Shown here: positions 27,143 to 40,642 of the stretch, one piece after another
Layout of the letters: the number at the start of each line of letters is the position of its first letter
Position numbering within the stretch: the stretch's first letter is position 1
Assembly (NCBI RefSeq): GCF_001949145.1
Contig: NW_019091357.1
Location: 3,620,228-3,684,227 of the forward strand
DNA length: 64,000 nucleotides
Reading direction: 5' to 3'
DNA from: Acanthaster planci
Lineage: Eukaryota
The notes under the pieces: model-generated
The model's input: the letters and a program-made list of their open reading frames with translations, nothing else
Database searches by the model: none
Told to the model about the DNA's origin: nothing
Position numbers and translations under genes: made by a program

Positions 27143-27493
27143 TATGGCGTGCAAAATTAACATTAAATCCCCTAGTAGAGATATCTCTATTGCGCAACAG
27201 AGATATGTCTATTAAGTTACCGCTTCCGAGGTCAGCAGGTCGCCCTCGACTTTTGTGTTTAAATCTATCATCATGAGGGGTTTTGAATCTGCGTCTGTGT
27301 CGCAGTACGTGTACTCCCGTGGTTGTTTACATTAGGAAACTTTACACAACCCTCTGGCTCTTTGAAACTTTCTGCGTTATGTTACCATGACCTTTCTGTT
27401 GACCTAGTGTGTGGGACCGGAAACCATAATAGAGATATCTCTATCAAATCAGGACGTACAATAGAGATATCTCTATCAACTTTACACGCCATA
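27143..27493. mobile_element. MITE with TIRs and four subterminal ATAGAGATATCTCTAT palindromes
   Basis: The termini TATGGCGTGCAAA and TTTACACGCCATA are inverted repeats. The palindrome occurs near 27176, 27198 (variant), 27429 and 27461, placed symmetrically. Confidence 0.75.
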
Positions 27494-30400
27494 TTTACAT
27501 ATAGGTTTCAAAATAACCTGGCACTTGACGGCTGAGTTCTAAAGGGGCGGAACCAGCCCCCGGCTGTGAGATGGTCCAAAATAACCCTGCTCTTTTGGTA
27601 CAGACAGCCTTGACAAAGTGCCTGCATCCACACATTCACTCATGATCAGTTACGCCACAGAAGTAGGTTTCTTAATGAGTGATTGATCGATCGATCGATT
27701 ATTAATCAGTAAGAAATATCTGATATCTAATAAGTATACGGTTCACATTCGAGAAAGAATACGCACTCCAAACCGAACTGAGGAGTGAAACAAGGAACGT
27801 TTGTAACAAATTTTCTTAAGAGTCCCCAATTATTCCAGGAGAGGTCAGCTTCGCCGGGAAATAGACAAAAGCTTCAATTGTTTTCGATACATTGAACCAG
27901 TTACTGGGTCACTGTCGATTGAGGCCTGTCTTAAATCGTACCGACATATCCACACGGACTTTTAAAATACTGTATATGTCCGACACAGTAGTGAACTGTT
28001 TTCTGGGTGCCATTGCAGATAACTATTCCTATAACATGCTGAACAGCGGAGGCAATTTTGCTCCGAAGCTAATGGTCAGCAAGCTATACAGATCTCCCCA
28101 CAGTCAACAACAGCGGCTACTGGCTTCCCCCTTGACTCTTCCGGGAGTTGAAGTTCCGACCCTCTAGGTTTCCTTGCTCATCCCCATCACCCCCCCCCCT
28201 TCAACTTACCCTTGATACATCGCCCGTGTCTCGGTAAACACAGAGCGCTTGTCAGTCTTGTCAAACACCGCGATTGCAGCCGCAGAGAGTACGCCAAAAC
28301 GCAAAGTAAACAAGGGAGACAGAACGATTACGCCCGCGTGTATTTACTTTTAATCGCCTTGTGATACCTCCATCTGCTCATTCCTGGGCCGTCTTCCTCA
28401 ATTCGAGGAAGAATGACTCCTCAGAGGGATTTGAGGAGATGCAGGGACTTAAGACGCTGTAATGAAAGCATGATATCAGGTCAGGAAATGGAAAAAGACA
28501 AAAGGCAGTTCGGAATCGCTTAATTAAGACTTGGACTTTTACGATGATTTCCGAATGAAGCCACTTTGCAACTGTAATTTGCACTGTAAATGGTAACAAA
28601 GCCTCTTGCGAGCTTGCCGCAAAGGGCTATTGCCTACGCATATCAACATGTCTTATCTAAAAAAAACTACCTGTTCCCTATGTTTACCAATTCCACAAAC
28701 CAAAGGAAAATTCAAAATTTCGAGGACTGAGTGTGGATTTTGATGGGATATTATTATTTCATCGTTCCAGAGTTGGATCCACTTGATATTTTGAACAATT
28801 CTGACCGTTTCTGAATTCTATAACTTGTGTTGTTTGTCTTCTTTTGTCCTGTATTGTTGGGCATGCAATGGGCATGCAAAAAAAACAACAAAAACAAACA
28901 AACAAACCCATAAGCTTCGTCATTTAGGATGATACCTCTAGGGTGTGGAAATAAATGTTACTGAACTGCATTGAACTGAACTGATCACAGCAACAATGCT
29001 AATGACATATATACCTCTCTCGTTTCACTACTTAAGTTATTATCTTCTTTTTGAACTGCGTAGTTTGCAGAGGCGTTTCCTACGCCAAAGCCCCCGCACG
29101 CAGTGGCGCGCATACCATAAGTGTGTCACAGGTATTTGTATCCAATTGGCGTGCCTTCCCAGTACATAAAGCGTACTTGCAAATAACTGAGACAATTTAG
29201 ACCAGCTACGAAATCACAATTTAATTATAAAATTGTCACGACAACCAACTTAGAACTAGAGCCCAGCCAACAGGAACAATCAAAACAACCGGGGCTTCTC
29301 GGCTGGGCCTCCCCTCCTTGCATGCCTCTCTCATCGCTTAAAATTTCATCAAGGAATCCCTAATCCTATCCGAGGTAGAAAACCGGAACATGTATACAAA
29401 GAATTACCGGCCACGGTTCAGCAATAGCAATCTGGTCTCAGAAATCCCTGGGATCTGCATCCTTATGCCGCCACTGATATGTGTCAGTGGAGGGATTCGG
29501 AAAGAAGCAAGTAGGGGAAGGAGGGGAAAAAGTAATTTCGCTAATTGAATCGCGCTAGAAATTGCAGGAAGCGCGCGCGAATCGCAAGTGCATTAAGCGA
29601 TGGCATATTGTCGTGTCGTCTGCCAAGCGATCTCTCAGCCCCGCCAGTTAGGCTCTTCCCATGCCAGGGTGGTGGTTCTGTTTTGTGTTTATATCTGTCG
29701 TGCACGGAACCGTTTTATGGGAGGAAAACACTGATGGCACAGTTGGATGAGGTGCTAGATTGTGGTCTGGCGAAGGGTTGGGATTGGACGCGCGGATTAC
29801 TGGTACCTCCGTACCTCATCGTCTGATGACTGACGCGATTCAGACGGAGCTCCGCAAACCAAACACTGGAACGGGCCCAACATCGGTGGACGGTTCTTGT
29901 GTCATGGAGCAAACAAAAGTAACTTTACATCTGACAAACAAACCAAATTTCCCCATTTTCTCCTCACCTTGTTTGATGATCAAAATCCACCACAACAGTA
30001 CGAACAAAATAAAAGAAAGTTGTCTCCTCGTACACGGCAATTGTTGCAACCTTTACTCAGTAACTGCCAGATATTACCATCGATAGGACCGTAAGAGCAT
30101 TGACCTTTGACATGGATTACTTGAACCAGATTCTCGGATAAAGCAACAAGAGGAGACATTCATGTATTTCAGAACCTTGTTGGTAAGCCTCCTTGTGTTG
30201 CAATATCATATCGTATCATCATACGAGCAGTTTTACGTTCACTTCAGAAAATTTCAAAATTTGTACACGAGGTCTCCTGTTGGTACTGTAGTGATAACGG
30301 GCCAACATCCGCTATTCGAATTCTATTGACGATACATCGAACCGAAACTTTGGCCAAAGCACCAGAAGACAGAAAAGGTATAGCAGAAGAAGTAGTGATA

Positions 30401-32877
30401 AAATTCAGTCTTTGAAGAGTTTAAGAAACGAAAATCAATGTAATTTGGGAGCAACGATGTCTCGGAGTAGCTCCCCGCAGGAAAAATTTGACACCCATCC
30501 TACGAGCGCCATCGGCGACCGTACCGCCGGGTAGTGCAAGCGGGATCCGGAGCCTGGTGTTGACGGAGCAATTATCAGCGGCCCACGGCCCCCGCCGGAC
30601 CACTCGGTGTTTCTTTCTCTCGCGTCGAGTTCCCGGTGGTGGGATGAGCGTCGTTGTCCTTTTTTTTTTTTTTTTTGCTTTTTTCATTCCTTCCTTTCGA
30701 CGAGGCGATAAGACGCGGAAATAAATTATTCAATGTGTCAGGTGGCTGCTGCCCGTTGATCATCACTCATGTTTTGCCAACTCAGACAACGCCGCCATGA
30801 ACATGGCTCACTGGCAACAGAGACATGCAGATCTAAGGGGTTTTGTATTGGGTGAAGTGTTCTGCGTGGATGGCTGGGCTAATAAACTCCATTTTACGGT
30901 GACGCCGTCTCGGCGAACGCAGCGCTTGTAGCCGTCTGCCAGCGCCTGCAAAGACTATTTTGGTAACCATGATCCATGCCACACACCGATTACGTACACA
31001 ATTGTCGTTTGGAGGGTTTCCATAATTTCTCAACGCTAACTTGTTCTCAATCCGCTGGCTTCCTTGTGGCGATGAGCCACTGCCCGTTCGAATTAACCGA
31101 GTCACCATTCGACAAAGTTGGCAAATTTCGATTGGCAGGAGCATTATCAACCTGGATATTTTGCCTGGTACCCAGGATGTACATTATACATATAATTTAC
31201 CAGATAAGATGGTGGTTAAAAAAAAATTAGGTGCAGATCGAACTGAAGAAAGGTTTTATATAGGTTAGAGCATGAGAGGATGGGAAGCACAGACGTTGCA
31301 AAGCATTGTGGGTGATTTGCCCTTCCTTGTTTCCCGGGTGTCAAGCAATTGGCAGTCGTGGCCCTCCTGGTAGTGGATCATTAATTTTGAATATCCCGTA
31401 AAATGGGATGTTGATGAGGTATGGTATGATGGTTTAGGTTTTCAATCAGCACTCGTTTTAATAGTTAAGTCGTCTGTGAGTGTACGGGGAATCCAGCGCC
31501 GAAAGTGATATCAAAATCAAACTTACTCGAACGCATGAAATTTTTATAGAGTCGATAGGACTTCAGACAAGAAGCTTTAAGAAACATCGTTTTGCTTGAA
31601 ATGTATTTATGGAATAATATCAAGTTCTTGATATCTTCCTGTTATACAGCAGTTTTTCTTTTAAAGCATGTACTAAAATAGTTCTTTGCTTAACGTTCAG
31701 GGTACAGGTATGTTCAACGGGAGACCTGAGTGTCACCTTGGAAAGGAGCTCACATGACCAACCAAATGGATAGTGTCAAAGGAAGTCAGGTGCCACGTGA
31801 CGAAAACTGCCCAACCACAGCAGAGACGCAATAGGGGTAAATAACGACGCTAAACATCCTACAACAGATTCTGATCTTTAGCTTCAGTATAAACGTTTAA
31901 TGTTACTATAACCCCCATCCGAGAACACTCTACTTAAATCTTTATGTACAGCTTTATATATTTTAATAAGACAATTAATAACACATGACAGTATTTTTCC
32001 GTAAAACTCTTTGTACTTAATTAAGGAAATAAAATCTCTGAGTAGTCACATTTCCAACACAAGGGCTGATGCTAATCATTATTTAGAAACTTTCATAACA
32101 AGACTACTACACCGAAAAAGGAGTCGAAACTGATATATCGTCTTTAACGGACCCAGAATATCGTTGTTTGAAAACATTAAGGTTGTGAAATGCATCCATA
32201 CGTTAAACTTTTGATGCATACGTTAAACAATGCCTCCATCGTAAAAAATCAAATGATATCATTATCAGCCGTTCATGATGGGACTCCTATGATGGGATAT
32301 AGCTTTTTTACACCCTACAAAATGACGTGCAATTCAGTTTATATGAGATTAAGTTTTTATTGGACACTCAACTGTCTCATGATGGAATATACGTTAAATG
32401 TGCGTAAATAAGAACAAATGGTATTTACAACGGTTGGGCAAATTCAGGACAATAACTCCTTCCCAAAGTGCGCCCTACAGTTCTTAAGTGCATGCTGGAA
32501 AAAGTGTTAATTTAACAACATGTGAAAAGAATGAGGAGGTTGGACACAAAAATGAGAGAGTCTGTCTGAGTTAGTGGGCAGAATCGCATCATATTTTACT
32601 TTAAAAAAAATTGCCAATCAGAATACTGTTGAAGAATTATAACTCTCAATTAATACTCAGTTGCACGCTTCTTGGTACCTGTTGTATGCTTCTTCCCAAC
32701 GTCAATGTACTTCGCAAGTCTGGTTGTCAAATTAATGAAGCTCATCACCACTTGCCAACAGTGTACACGAAGTTTTCCCAACTTTAAATGAGCAACAGTT
32801 GTTGTCGATGTCAAGCCGGGACTTTTTGTCTCATTCCTTGACGAAATTTTTTTGCCGCCGCCCTATAATGAACCTGT

Positions 32878-35800
32878 TCACTTTTTCCTGGTCAGAAGGA
32901 AGTTGTTTTCGTAGAAGTAGGCCACACCCCATGTTTTGGACCAGGGGTTCATAGCATCCACATGCTCCAGCTGTTCCACACGGCACACATCACCTGTTCA
33001 GAAATGAAAGAGGAGCTTTCACTGGTCATGCACAAATTCCTCACATAGTTTACCCATCCCTATTGGTCGACCCGGGCCCATTGTCACTGCTATGCTTTCA
33101 TCTGGTTTAAAATTGCTTCATCGCACTTTCTTCCCTTTAATAACAACACAGTGAATCGTCTAAAACCTCGAGAGGGCGTCCTGTCATTCAGCAAAGACCA
33201 TATTAGAGAAACATTTAAAAGAAAAAACCCTGTCGATGAATTTGGGAACGTTATCTCTGTACAGTCAGTGAGGCTCCAATACAATAATTATTTTGAAGTT
33301 TCCTTGTCTCGCTTGCCCTATGATGTTCTCAGGTCCACTTAAATTTTCATTAGTGTTTCGAATGAGACTGCGTTGAAGGAACAAAGGAACGAGTTTGTGT
33401 CGGGCTTACCAAACAGCTGTGTAATTTCCTCTGGGTCGATGTTGTGCGGTGGCCCCGAAAAGACATCATGAGGGACTTCGAAAATGTCTAAAAGGTAACG
33501 ACTGTCGGGCTTCAATACATCACTGATGACATCACAATATCTACAAGAATAAAACGACACTTATAATCAAATTTATGAAACAGAATTCTCATAGTACATG
33601 CCTTCTCTCATTATCAAATGCAATGACGTTGTCTCTCAATTTGTTCCGGGATTGATCTCAAATCGCTGGATAAATTATGCAGCACTAAGACATAAGACAA
33701 GTGCATGTTCTAAATGTCAAACGAAAAGTTACCGAAGCATCATACTAGATATATCCTGCTAAATGTTAAGAACTTATATTCTGGCATTTGTCTTTGTCTT
33801 GAGTGACATAGCCTTTTTTCATTCATGCATGCAATATGTATAAAGTTTGCTTTTGCTTTTCTTTTTACCTTTGTATCAGTGATTACAAATTACAAAAGCC
33901 ACCTTCTTTGGCATACCTCTTTCTGTCACTGGGGTTAATGGCTGCCATGGAGCCTCGGTCCCAAATGCAGTCGAACTGGCCGATGAGGGCGCTCGAGAGC
34001 TTGAAGAAATCGGCACAGTATATGGTGATGTCCTCGTCTTTGCCCTGTAAAGATTGAGCGGATCAAACAATAAATATTCACTGAAAATCAACATTGTGTC
34101 TGCATTTCAAGTTGGCTCTCATTTCTTTCCCCAAAAGTAAATGCAAAAGATTGGGACTGGAGCAGGATTAGGATCAAAACATCAGGTCTCCCTCTACCTT
34201 GTTTTAACGTGGACTTGGCTTTGATTTAAAGAGAGTGCCAGCGACGGATTTACCTTATGCAACACATCAACCACATGAAAAGAGTTATTAACAAACTGGT
34301 TTCGCACGTCATCACCTTATACACGGTTCCATCTATGTCCTTCAGCGTTTCAGTTGTATATTCCAATTTGTTTTCAACAAAGAACTGTTGGACTCCCAGC
34401 TCCACGACATCGCAACCTACAACTCCACAACCTTGTTCTAACAGCCTGCAAGAAAACAAAACGTATACCTGAATAAGTCCTGCCTGTTTGGATAGAAAAA
34501 TGATGCCACTGGTTGTCGAATTCCTAACAAAGGTCCAAACACAAAGAGCCTGAATAAGTTCCAGCTAAATTTATAAAGTGTAGAGTCGGAAAGGCATGAC
34601 TCAAACGATTGTTTTCGTCTAAAACAAACCCTTGAACCACCAAAAAAGATACCAGTGGCGTAACCTGGCTCTTCGAGGCCGGGGGAGGGAGAGCCTGGAG
34701 AGGAGGACAAAAGTTCCTAGGGGGAGGGTGCTGTCGCCCCTGGTTTCACAGCCAGTCTCTTCTCAGAGGAAGGCAAGGGGGCAAGAGGTCCAACAGAGGA
34801 CAGCCCCCCCCCCGATTCGCCACTGTCACAGGACCGGCAAAGCCAAGTTTTACAATAACAATTTAACGGTTGTCAACATTACCGTTTCTACAAATGCACG
34901 AGTTGACAAGATGCTGAGATGATGTCCGGTGAACGCTTCATGATTCAAATGCAACTACCATTAAGAAAGTAAAATAGTTACCAAATCATATCGAGCGTCT
35001 TTCCGCAGAGGGGAACTAGGAATCTTGGCGCATCTCTCCCTTGGACGAGTCGTTGGTAGTGCTTTTTCAACATACTGTCAAAAAGATGTGATTGACAAAA
35101 ACGTTGTTATGTTCTCTTTTAAAGTCAAGTACCAGACTGGCGAGGTTGTTCGAATTACTGTTAACAAAAAAAATGGTTAAAAGTGTGCTGCAATAGTCTG
35201 AATAATTTGTCCACTAATAGCTAACTATACCAAGCAAACCAATAAGAAAATGGTAACAGTTTCAATTACAAATTTAACCTAAGGCCCCCAAAAGTCTCCG
35301 GTTTCTGGTCAGCGCGCGCGTCGCCGCAGACCTCCGCGTCGGCAAAATAAAAGCGTTTTTCTATTTGTTGTAAAACGGTGTCCAAAAGCTGTTAAACTTT
35401 CTTAATCGACTGAAATCCTGCCACTGCGTTGTTTTAACGTGTTTTGATGGGGTACGTTTGAGTAATATGTACAGTGAAGGAGTCCCGGCCCTATCCGGTT
35501 CGTAAGTGACTACGTCACAAAGGAAGAAGCGCCACGCTTTACAGGCTCCCATTGGACGATCGCTGAAGTTGCGCATTAACTTCCGGTTCCATGGTTCCAT
35601 TAAACGACGATCAATACATATCACTCTATGGCAGTGCATGTGCAGTGGGCGTCGTTCAAACTGAGGTGACGTCACACTTACGAACCGGATAGTTCTCCAT
35701 ACATTTAGTCGGGCACTCTTTTTCAGATTACGTCATTTCTGTATTATATATTTACATCTGTGAACCACACAAACGAGGTGGTCTTATGTCCTGTGTACAT

Positions 35801-36604
35801 GTACAAGCTGAAAATGGTCACAGTCTATTTTAGTGTCGGTAGGAGCCGGCGTTACGTGCGCATGCAGTCGCGATGCACATCGCGCGTTATACATTCGTCA
35901 TTTCCGGAAAAAAGTGAGGGTAAAAAAAACCATCGCGTCACTACACCACTTTTGGGGCAATATCCTGACCAGAAAACGGAGACTTTTTTTGGGGGGGGGC
36001 CTAACCCAACCAAACCCTATCCGAAAAATCTAACCTAACCTGTGTAAACCCAGCCTTACCAAACTCAACCCAGGCAAACCAAGGTACACATTTATTTTGG
36101 CCCTTTGCCTAAATTACGGCTATCAAACAAAGATGATTTATAAAGAACCTTTTCTGAAATAACATTCTTCCCTGATCCTCTAGTTGGTGGACCATCCACT
36201 CACCCGTGAACTTGTGTCTTGTGGAACTTTGTCTTTCCTCTTTCCCACTTTGTCTTCCAGTCGTCCGTCGTTAAGTAGCCGTCTGATATTTCGCCGTCTT
36301 GGTTTCTTCTAATTAGCGCGGCAGACGAAGTTGGGTGGTCCTTCTCCTCATTATTCACATCCTGGTGTCCATTCTCGGCCACCCTGAAATTCTCTGAGGA
36401 ACACGCAGTGGCGCTCTTCCGCCTCTCCGTTGACTTTGCCGTCGGGTGGCCGTTCGCGTTCACAGCGGCTGCTGCAGCCGGTTTTGTTGGCTTGCAGCTC
36501 TCGTTCGCTTGCTGGGGGCCGAGTTTGATTCTCTTGGCGCTGACGACGCCCTCGTCGTTGCCGTTGCAGAAGCCGTTTTCCAAGGGTGCGGCTACTGTGT
36601 TCAT
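32878..36604 (-). CDS. TPMT: Thiopurine S-methyltransferase family protein (SAM-dependent); 6 coding exons, 332 aa
   Basis: Exons 36204-36604, 34982-35074, 34316-34445, 33917-34044, 33410-33540 and 32878-32993 are all GT-AG and phase-compatible, totalling 999 nt. TPMT motifs: DWKTKWERGKTKFH, FLVPLCGKTLDMIWL, GCGVVGCD, FDCIWDRGSMAAINP, GPPH, WG..YFYE. The start is in an ACCATG context with in-frame stops upstream. Confidence 0.92.
34653..34825. mobile_element. Short intronic non-autonomous DNA element with CAGTGGCG...CGCCACTG termini
   Basis: 8-bp perfect inverted termini around a G/C-run-rich interior, inside a TPMT intron. No clear TSD. Confidence 0.5.
35491..35692. mobile_element. Intronic MITE with TIRs
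   Basis: Left CTATCCGGTTCGTAAGTGACTACGTCAC; right GTGACGTCACACTTACGAACCGGATAG. The terminal 18 bp are perfect inverted repeats. Confidence 0.8.
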
Positions 36605-36649
36605 GGTGAAGTTTCAAAGAAGCGAACGAAGTCACGATAAAAAACTAAT

Positions 36650-36757
36650 CTGGAAAAGGAGGGAAAAGACAACATATTATGAACAAACGTCAGATCGACC
36701 CGAGTACGTAACGTACTACCTCGTACCATTCTATTTCGGGGAATTTTCCAGGCTTAC
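36650..36757 (-). other. Candidate 5'UTR intron of the TPMT-like gene
   Basis: Strong acceptor TCTTTTCCCTCCTTTTCCAG 45 nt upstream of the ATG. The nearest donor is AAAT|GTAAGC at 36757; a distal alternative is CCGT|GTAAGT at 44574. Confidence 0.5.
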
Positions 36758-38337
36758 ATTTGCCAGGCTTTGCTTACTAAGCAGAAAAGTTTCTGAGCGG
36801 AGAAAATTGGTGTCATGCTTCACAATAGTCGATAGGAAACTTGGCACGCGATTTCTAGCAGAGGGAAGCTGCATTGGATTATCTCGTTTTTCCCAAACGG
36901 GCGTAGAACTGATCAGGAGGGAAAATTGCTCAAATTGAGGCATGTAACGATGAGGATTGGGGGCACTAGTGCCGATGTCATGGCAGAAATTGTGTTAAAG
37001 TCGAAGTGGTGCTTTTGAAACAGGGAACACGGCCAATAAACTGGAGGTGCCTTTGTTCAATAAATATCCAGAGGTGATTTTGATTTGAATATGCATCTTT
37101 CCTCAGGTCACTCAAAAATTCTACTTTTAGTTTTCCTTGTTACAATACAACGAAGACGATTACATATTACGAACATAACATTTCCACCACAAACAGCCTT
37201 GGAAATCGACTTCAAAGACAGACATCAATGTCTAGAACATCAACAGTAACAAACTCGACAAACAGTACACACCACCAGTAAGTCTATTTTTGTGCTTTGT
37301 AATATATATGTATTTCCTCTCTAATCATGATTGTGCATTGGGGGAGGGGAGTGCCACCTCGGCACTGACTGTCTTTGGTTTTTCTTATGTCTGTTGTTCA
37401 CAAATAAAGATTTAAAAAATCAAAACGAAAAGAAAACTATACTACGCTTGGTCACAACACACAGTATAGAGTGCCTCATTTATTTGATAGACGAACTGTG
37501 TTTAATAGATGATTAACAAGCGCAGTTGTCAAAACAAAGGCCAACACTGCGAAAGTATTATTAAGTTCCACACTACGAAATGCAATAACATGGCCAGTGT
37601 TTCTTTTGTGCACGCCTCCGCGGGATGTCTGCTCTGCCTAACGACAAGCGCGACACAGCCATCTAAAGTAATTTCCTACCGTATGTTTCGTGCCAGTTCC
37701 GCGAAACACAAAAGCACGACCCACAAAATCAATATCGCAAGGTGCACAGGGAGTCCACGAGGCGCCACCAATGTGGCGGTGAAATGCCGCAGAATGGTTG
37801 CAGCTGCGGGCTTCCGTGACAGTGGTGTTTGTTTTCCACAACACACGTTCCCCCTGTCTTCGTTGGACATTTTCCCAACATCTTTCGTCTTAAGGTATAG
37901 GTTAATTAGCGCCTGAGAATTTTCCAAGGGAGTGACACTGAAAATTAATTGTACAGTGATGGATTTAAGGAAGTAAAAATGAACCGTTGAACATTATGAG
38001 AAATCCCTATTTTAGTGTGTCAGTTTACATTGGCGCAGCTTAAAACTCGAAGATTGAACCAAATTAATGATTATATATAAGAATATAAAGTTCTCCACAT
38101 TGGGTTTAATTTGACTTCAGAAGACCAAGGGTTCTGAAGGGTTTTCATAATCATTTTCTTATGAGTCCTGCTTTATGAGCACCTGCACAGTCGTCTCAGT
38201 CTGGTTGATCGATATGATGTTCATTTGTATACCCTTTTTTATTTAATTTATCAGTTTAACTTGCAGCTGGATGTATATTTTATAAATATTATTTTCTTCA
38301 ATTTTACGCTCTTTTTAATGAACAAAACAAAAAACCT

Positions 38338-38643
38338 TTAGCGAGTTAAATTTGAATAAAATCTGGTACACTGAGTTCTTTAATTTACGTGAACATAACA
38401 ATTTGAATTCTCCATACTAAAGACACTGTTGACAATTTTTCGGCTATCTCCGGAAACCAGCCGGAGGGATTCCCCCAGTCTTGGTGTTTGTGGACATTGG
38501 GTGATACCGAGCCCTTGATTCGTAGAGTAGTCAGAATCACCGGGTTTGGTATCCAGACTAAAATTAATGTAAAAGTGCACCAGTCACATCTTTTACACCT
38601 TTAACAATCTATGCTTTCTTGGACAGCTGAGGGCGCTTTTGTT
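38338..38643. repeat. Interspersed repeat, copy 1 (segments A 38338-38430 and B 38566-38643)
   Basis: Segment A matches 48750-48845 and segment B matches 49496-49563. Confidence 0.75.
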
Positions 38644-40271
38644 GTAATTCATCTGGGGAAGACATGGTTTGGTGCATAGTTTTTTTCTGTTACAATATAG
38701 TGAGACCAGATGTTACTAACAGGGAACCTTTCCGAGGATTTGATTGTTTTCTAACTTTTTCTGACTCCTCAGAGAAGAAAACCATTTGGCCGACAAAATC
38801 TTTAATTATTAGAGAGTTTTTTTTTGTGCACAATCCAATGTAATATAACATTGAGGTTTTCTTCCCGGGATGACATCATAATTTTCACATAAATACGGAC
38901 TATGGGGCAGCAAAAAATCTTGTGAAATCGTGACAAAATTGAAACTGAGGTTAACTCAGACACATTTTGAGGTTTGTTTAAAAAGCACTTTAAGTTCAAC
39001 TGTTCAGCTTAATTATCAGTTTGAATAAGCCCACCTTGCATGCTTTCCTCAACATTTCGACGACATACCGAATGCTTATGCGCAGAGAATCAATGAGGAG
39101 TGGTTTACGCAAAATTATATTGATTTGTTATTAACTTTGACACGTGAGCCAAATAATTTGTTATTTTGTATATGAATGAAAGTCAATACTAGTTTGGCGG
39201 CCACTGCTCGTCTAAATAAGATTGTGAGGTGAAAAACGAAAGACCTATCGACGGACTGTTGATGAACAAAGGCAAATTACACATTTATTGAATCATTAAA
39301 CTTCAGATCGACTTATCGTTTGGTAGCCATTGATTCATGATTACCCTCTTGAAAGACGACAATGATATGATGGGGGTTTGTTCAGCTGATGCTTTCCCTT
39401 CTTTCGAAAGAGAGTTTTTTTTTCGAAACAGGAGACACACTCCTCTTAAATTATCCACCTCAATATCAAAGTGGGAGTAAATTTGAATGTGAAAGGGCAC
39501 TTTGAACGGGGGTGTTAAAGCTGTCGGTCAGCTACTGCGGTAAAACCAAAATGTAAATGAGGCAGCGCGCGAGAGCTGAGGCCTTAACAAGATTGAAACA
39601 CCTGCCTCAGACCAACTTCTCCTCTAACTTGACTTTTATCATAAACCAGGAAATCTGGTACTTCACCATCGGCGGGGCCTGAGGTCTACGCGTGGGAGCT
39701 TTTATGTTCCCCCTCCCATACAGCGCAGGCACTGCCGTGATTTCCCACGTAAAGGAGTTGACATTCAAACCATTATATACAGTACACGATATGCACTCGA
39801 AATTGGCAGGCAGGAAGGGATAGTCAGGGGTTTCAATTTACTTTCTCTCCAATGCGGAAAAATTTCTTCGCTGTCGAAAATGTCATCGCGGCTCCTTGGA
39901 TAAACGTGGCGTGGGCCGCCGAGACTCGCGCGTCTGCTAAAGGCTCCGGGATCAGATGGCACTCCGGACAACTGCGGGCGAAAGTATTCATTTTGGGGCA
40001 AATGTGTAATGGCCCTTATTGGGATCTAGTGAGTTTTTTTCTCTGTATTTGGAAGCAGTCTCTCATTCTCTCTCCAGCGCAAATTTAAAGGCCAAAAGTG
40101 AAGGCTTTAAATTGCGATGAAAATCCGTAAATTGTGACAGGGAGATTGTTATTAGTACTGGGTTTGTCTTCGATATGAAACTATTCCTGACATTTGACAA
40201 CATATTCCAAAATTAGTCGAAATTTTCTGGCTTGAGGGTAAAATTTGTTTTCCTAAAATTGATGGATTTTA

Positions 40272-40642
40272 TGACGACTGACTGACAGCACTGTCTTGAC
40301 TTAGCAACTTACCGACGGACCGACAGACTGACTAATAACTGACTGATCGACTGACTGCACTGTCCTGGCTGACCAACTTATTACTGACACACCGGACTGA
40401 CTGATAAATAATTGACTGACTGATGACCGACTGACCCATGCACCGACAGTCTGATCGACAAATCATCTGATTGATGAAAGACTGACCAACTGCCCGACCA
40501 ACCGACAAGGTGATGGACTGATCCAACAAGTGAGGGAGTGATCAACCAGCTAACTAACCGGCCCACTGACCGATGAACTGACCGACCAACCACCGACCTA
40601 GTGACAGAATGGATGGCTAAAACATCGACTGGCTGGCTAACT
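40272..40642. repeat. Degenerate (GACT/GACC)n tetranucleotide repeat
   Basis: Repeated gactgactgac and gaccgacc units over ~370 bp. Confidence 0.85.

Noticed and set aside
32811..32826. 16-mer CAAGCCGGGACTTTTT shared with 48122-48137
   Set aside because: The flanks are unrelated, and about one such match is expected by chance in 64 kb.
36408..36938. 176-aa plus-strand ORF
   Set aside because: Antisense shadow of the first TPMT coding exon.
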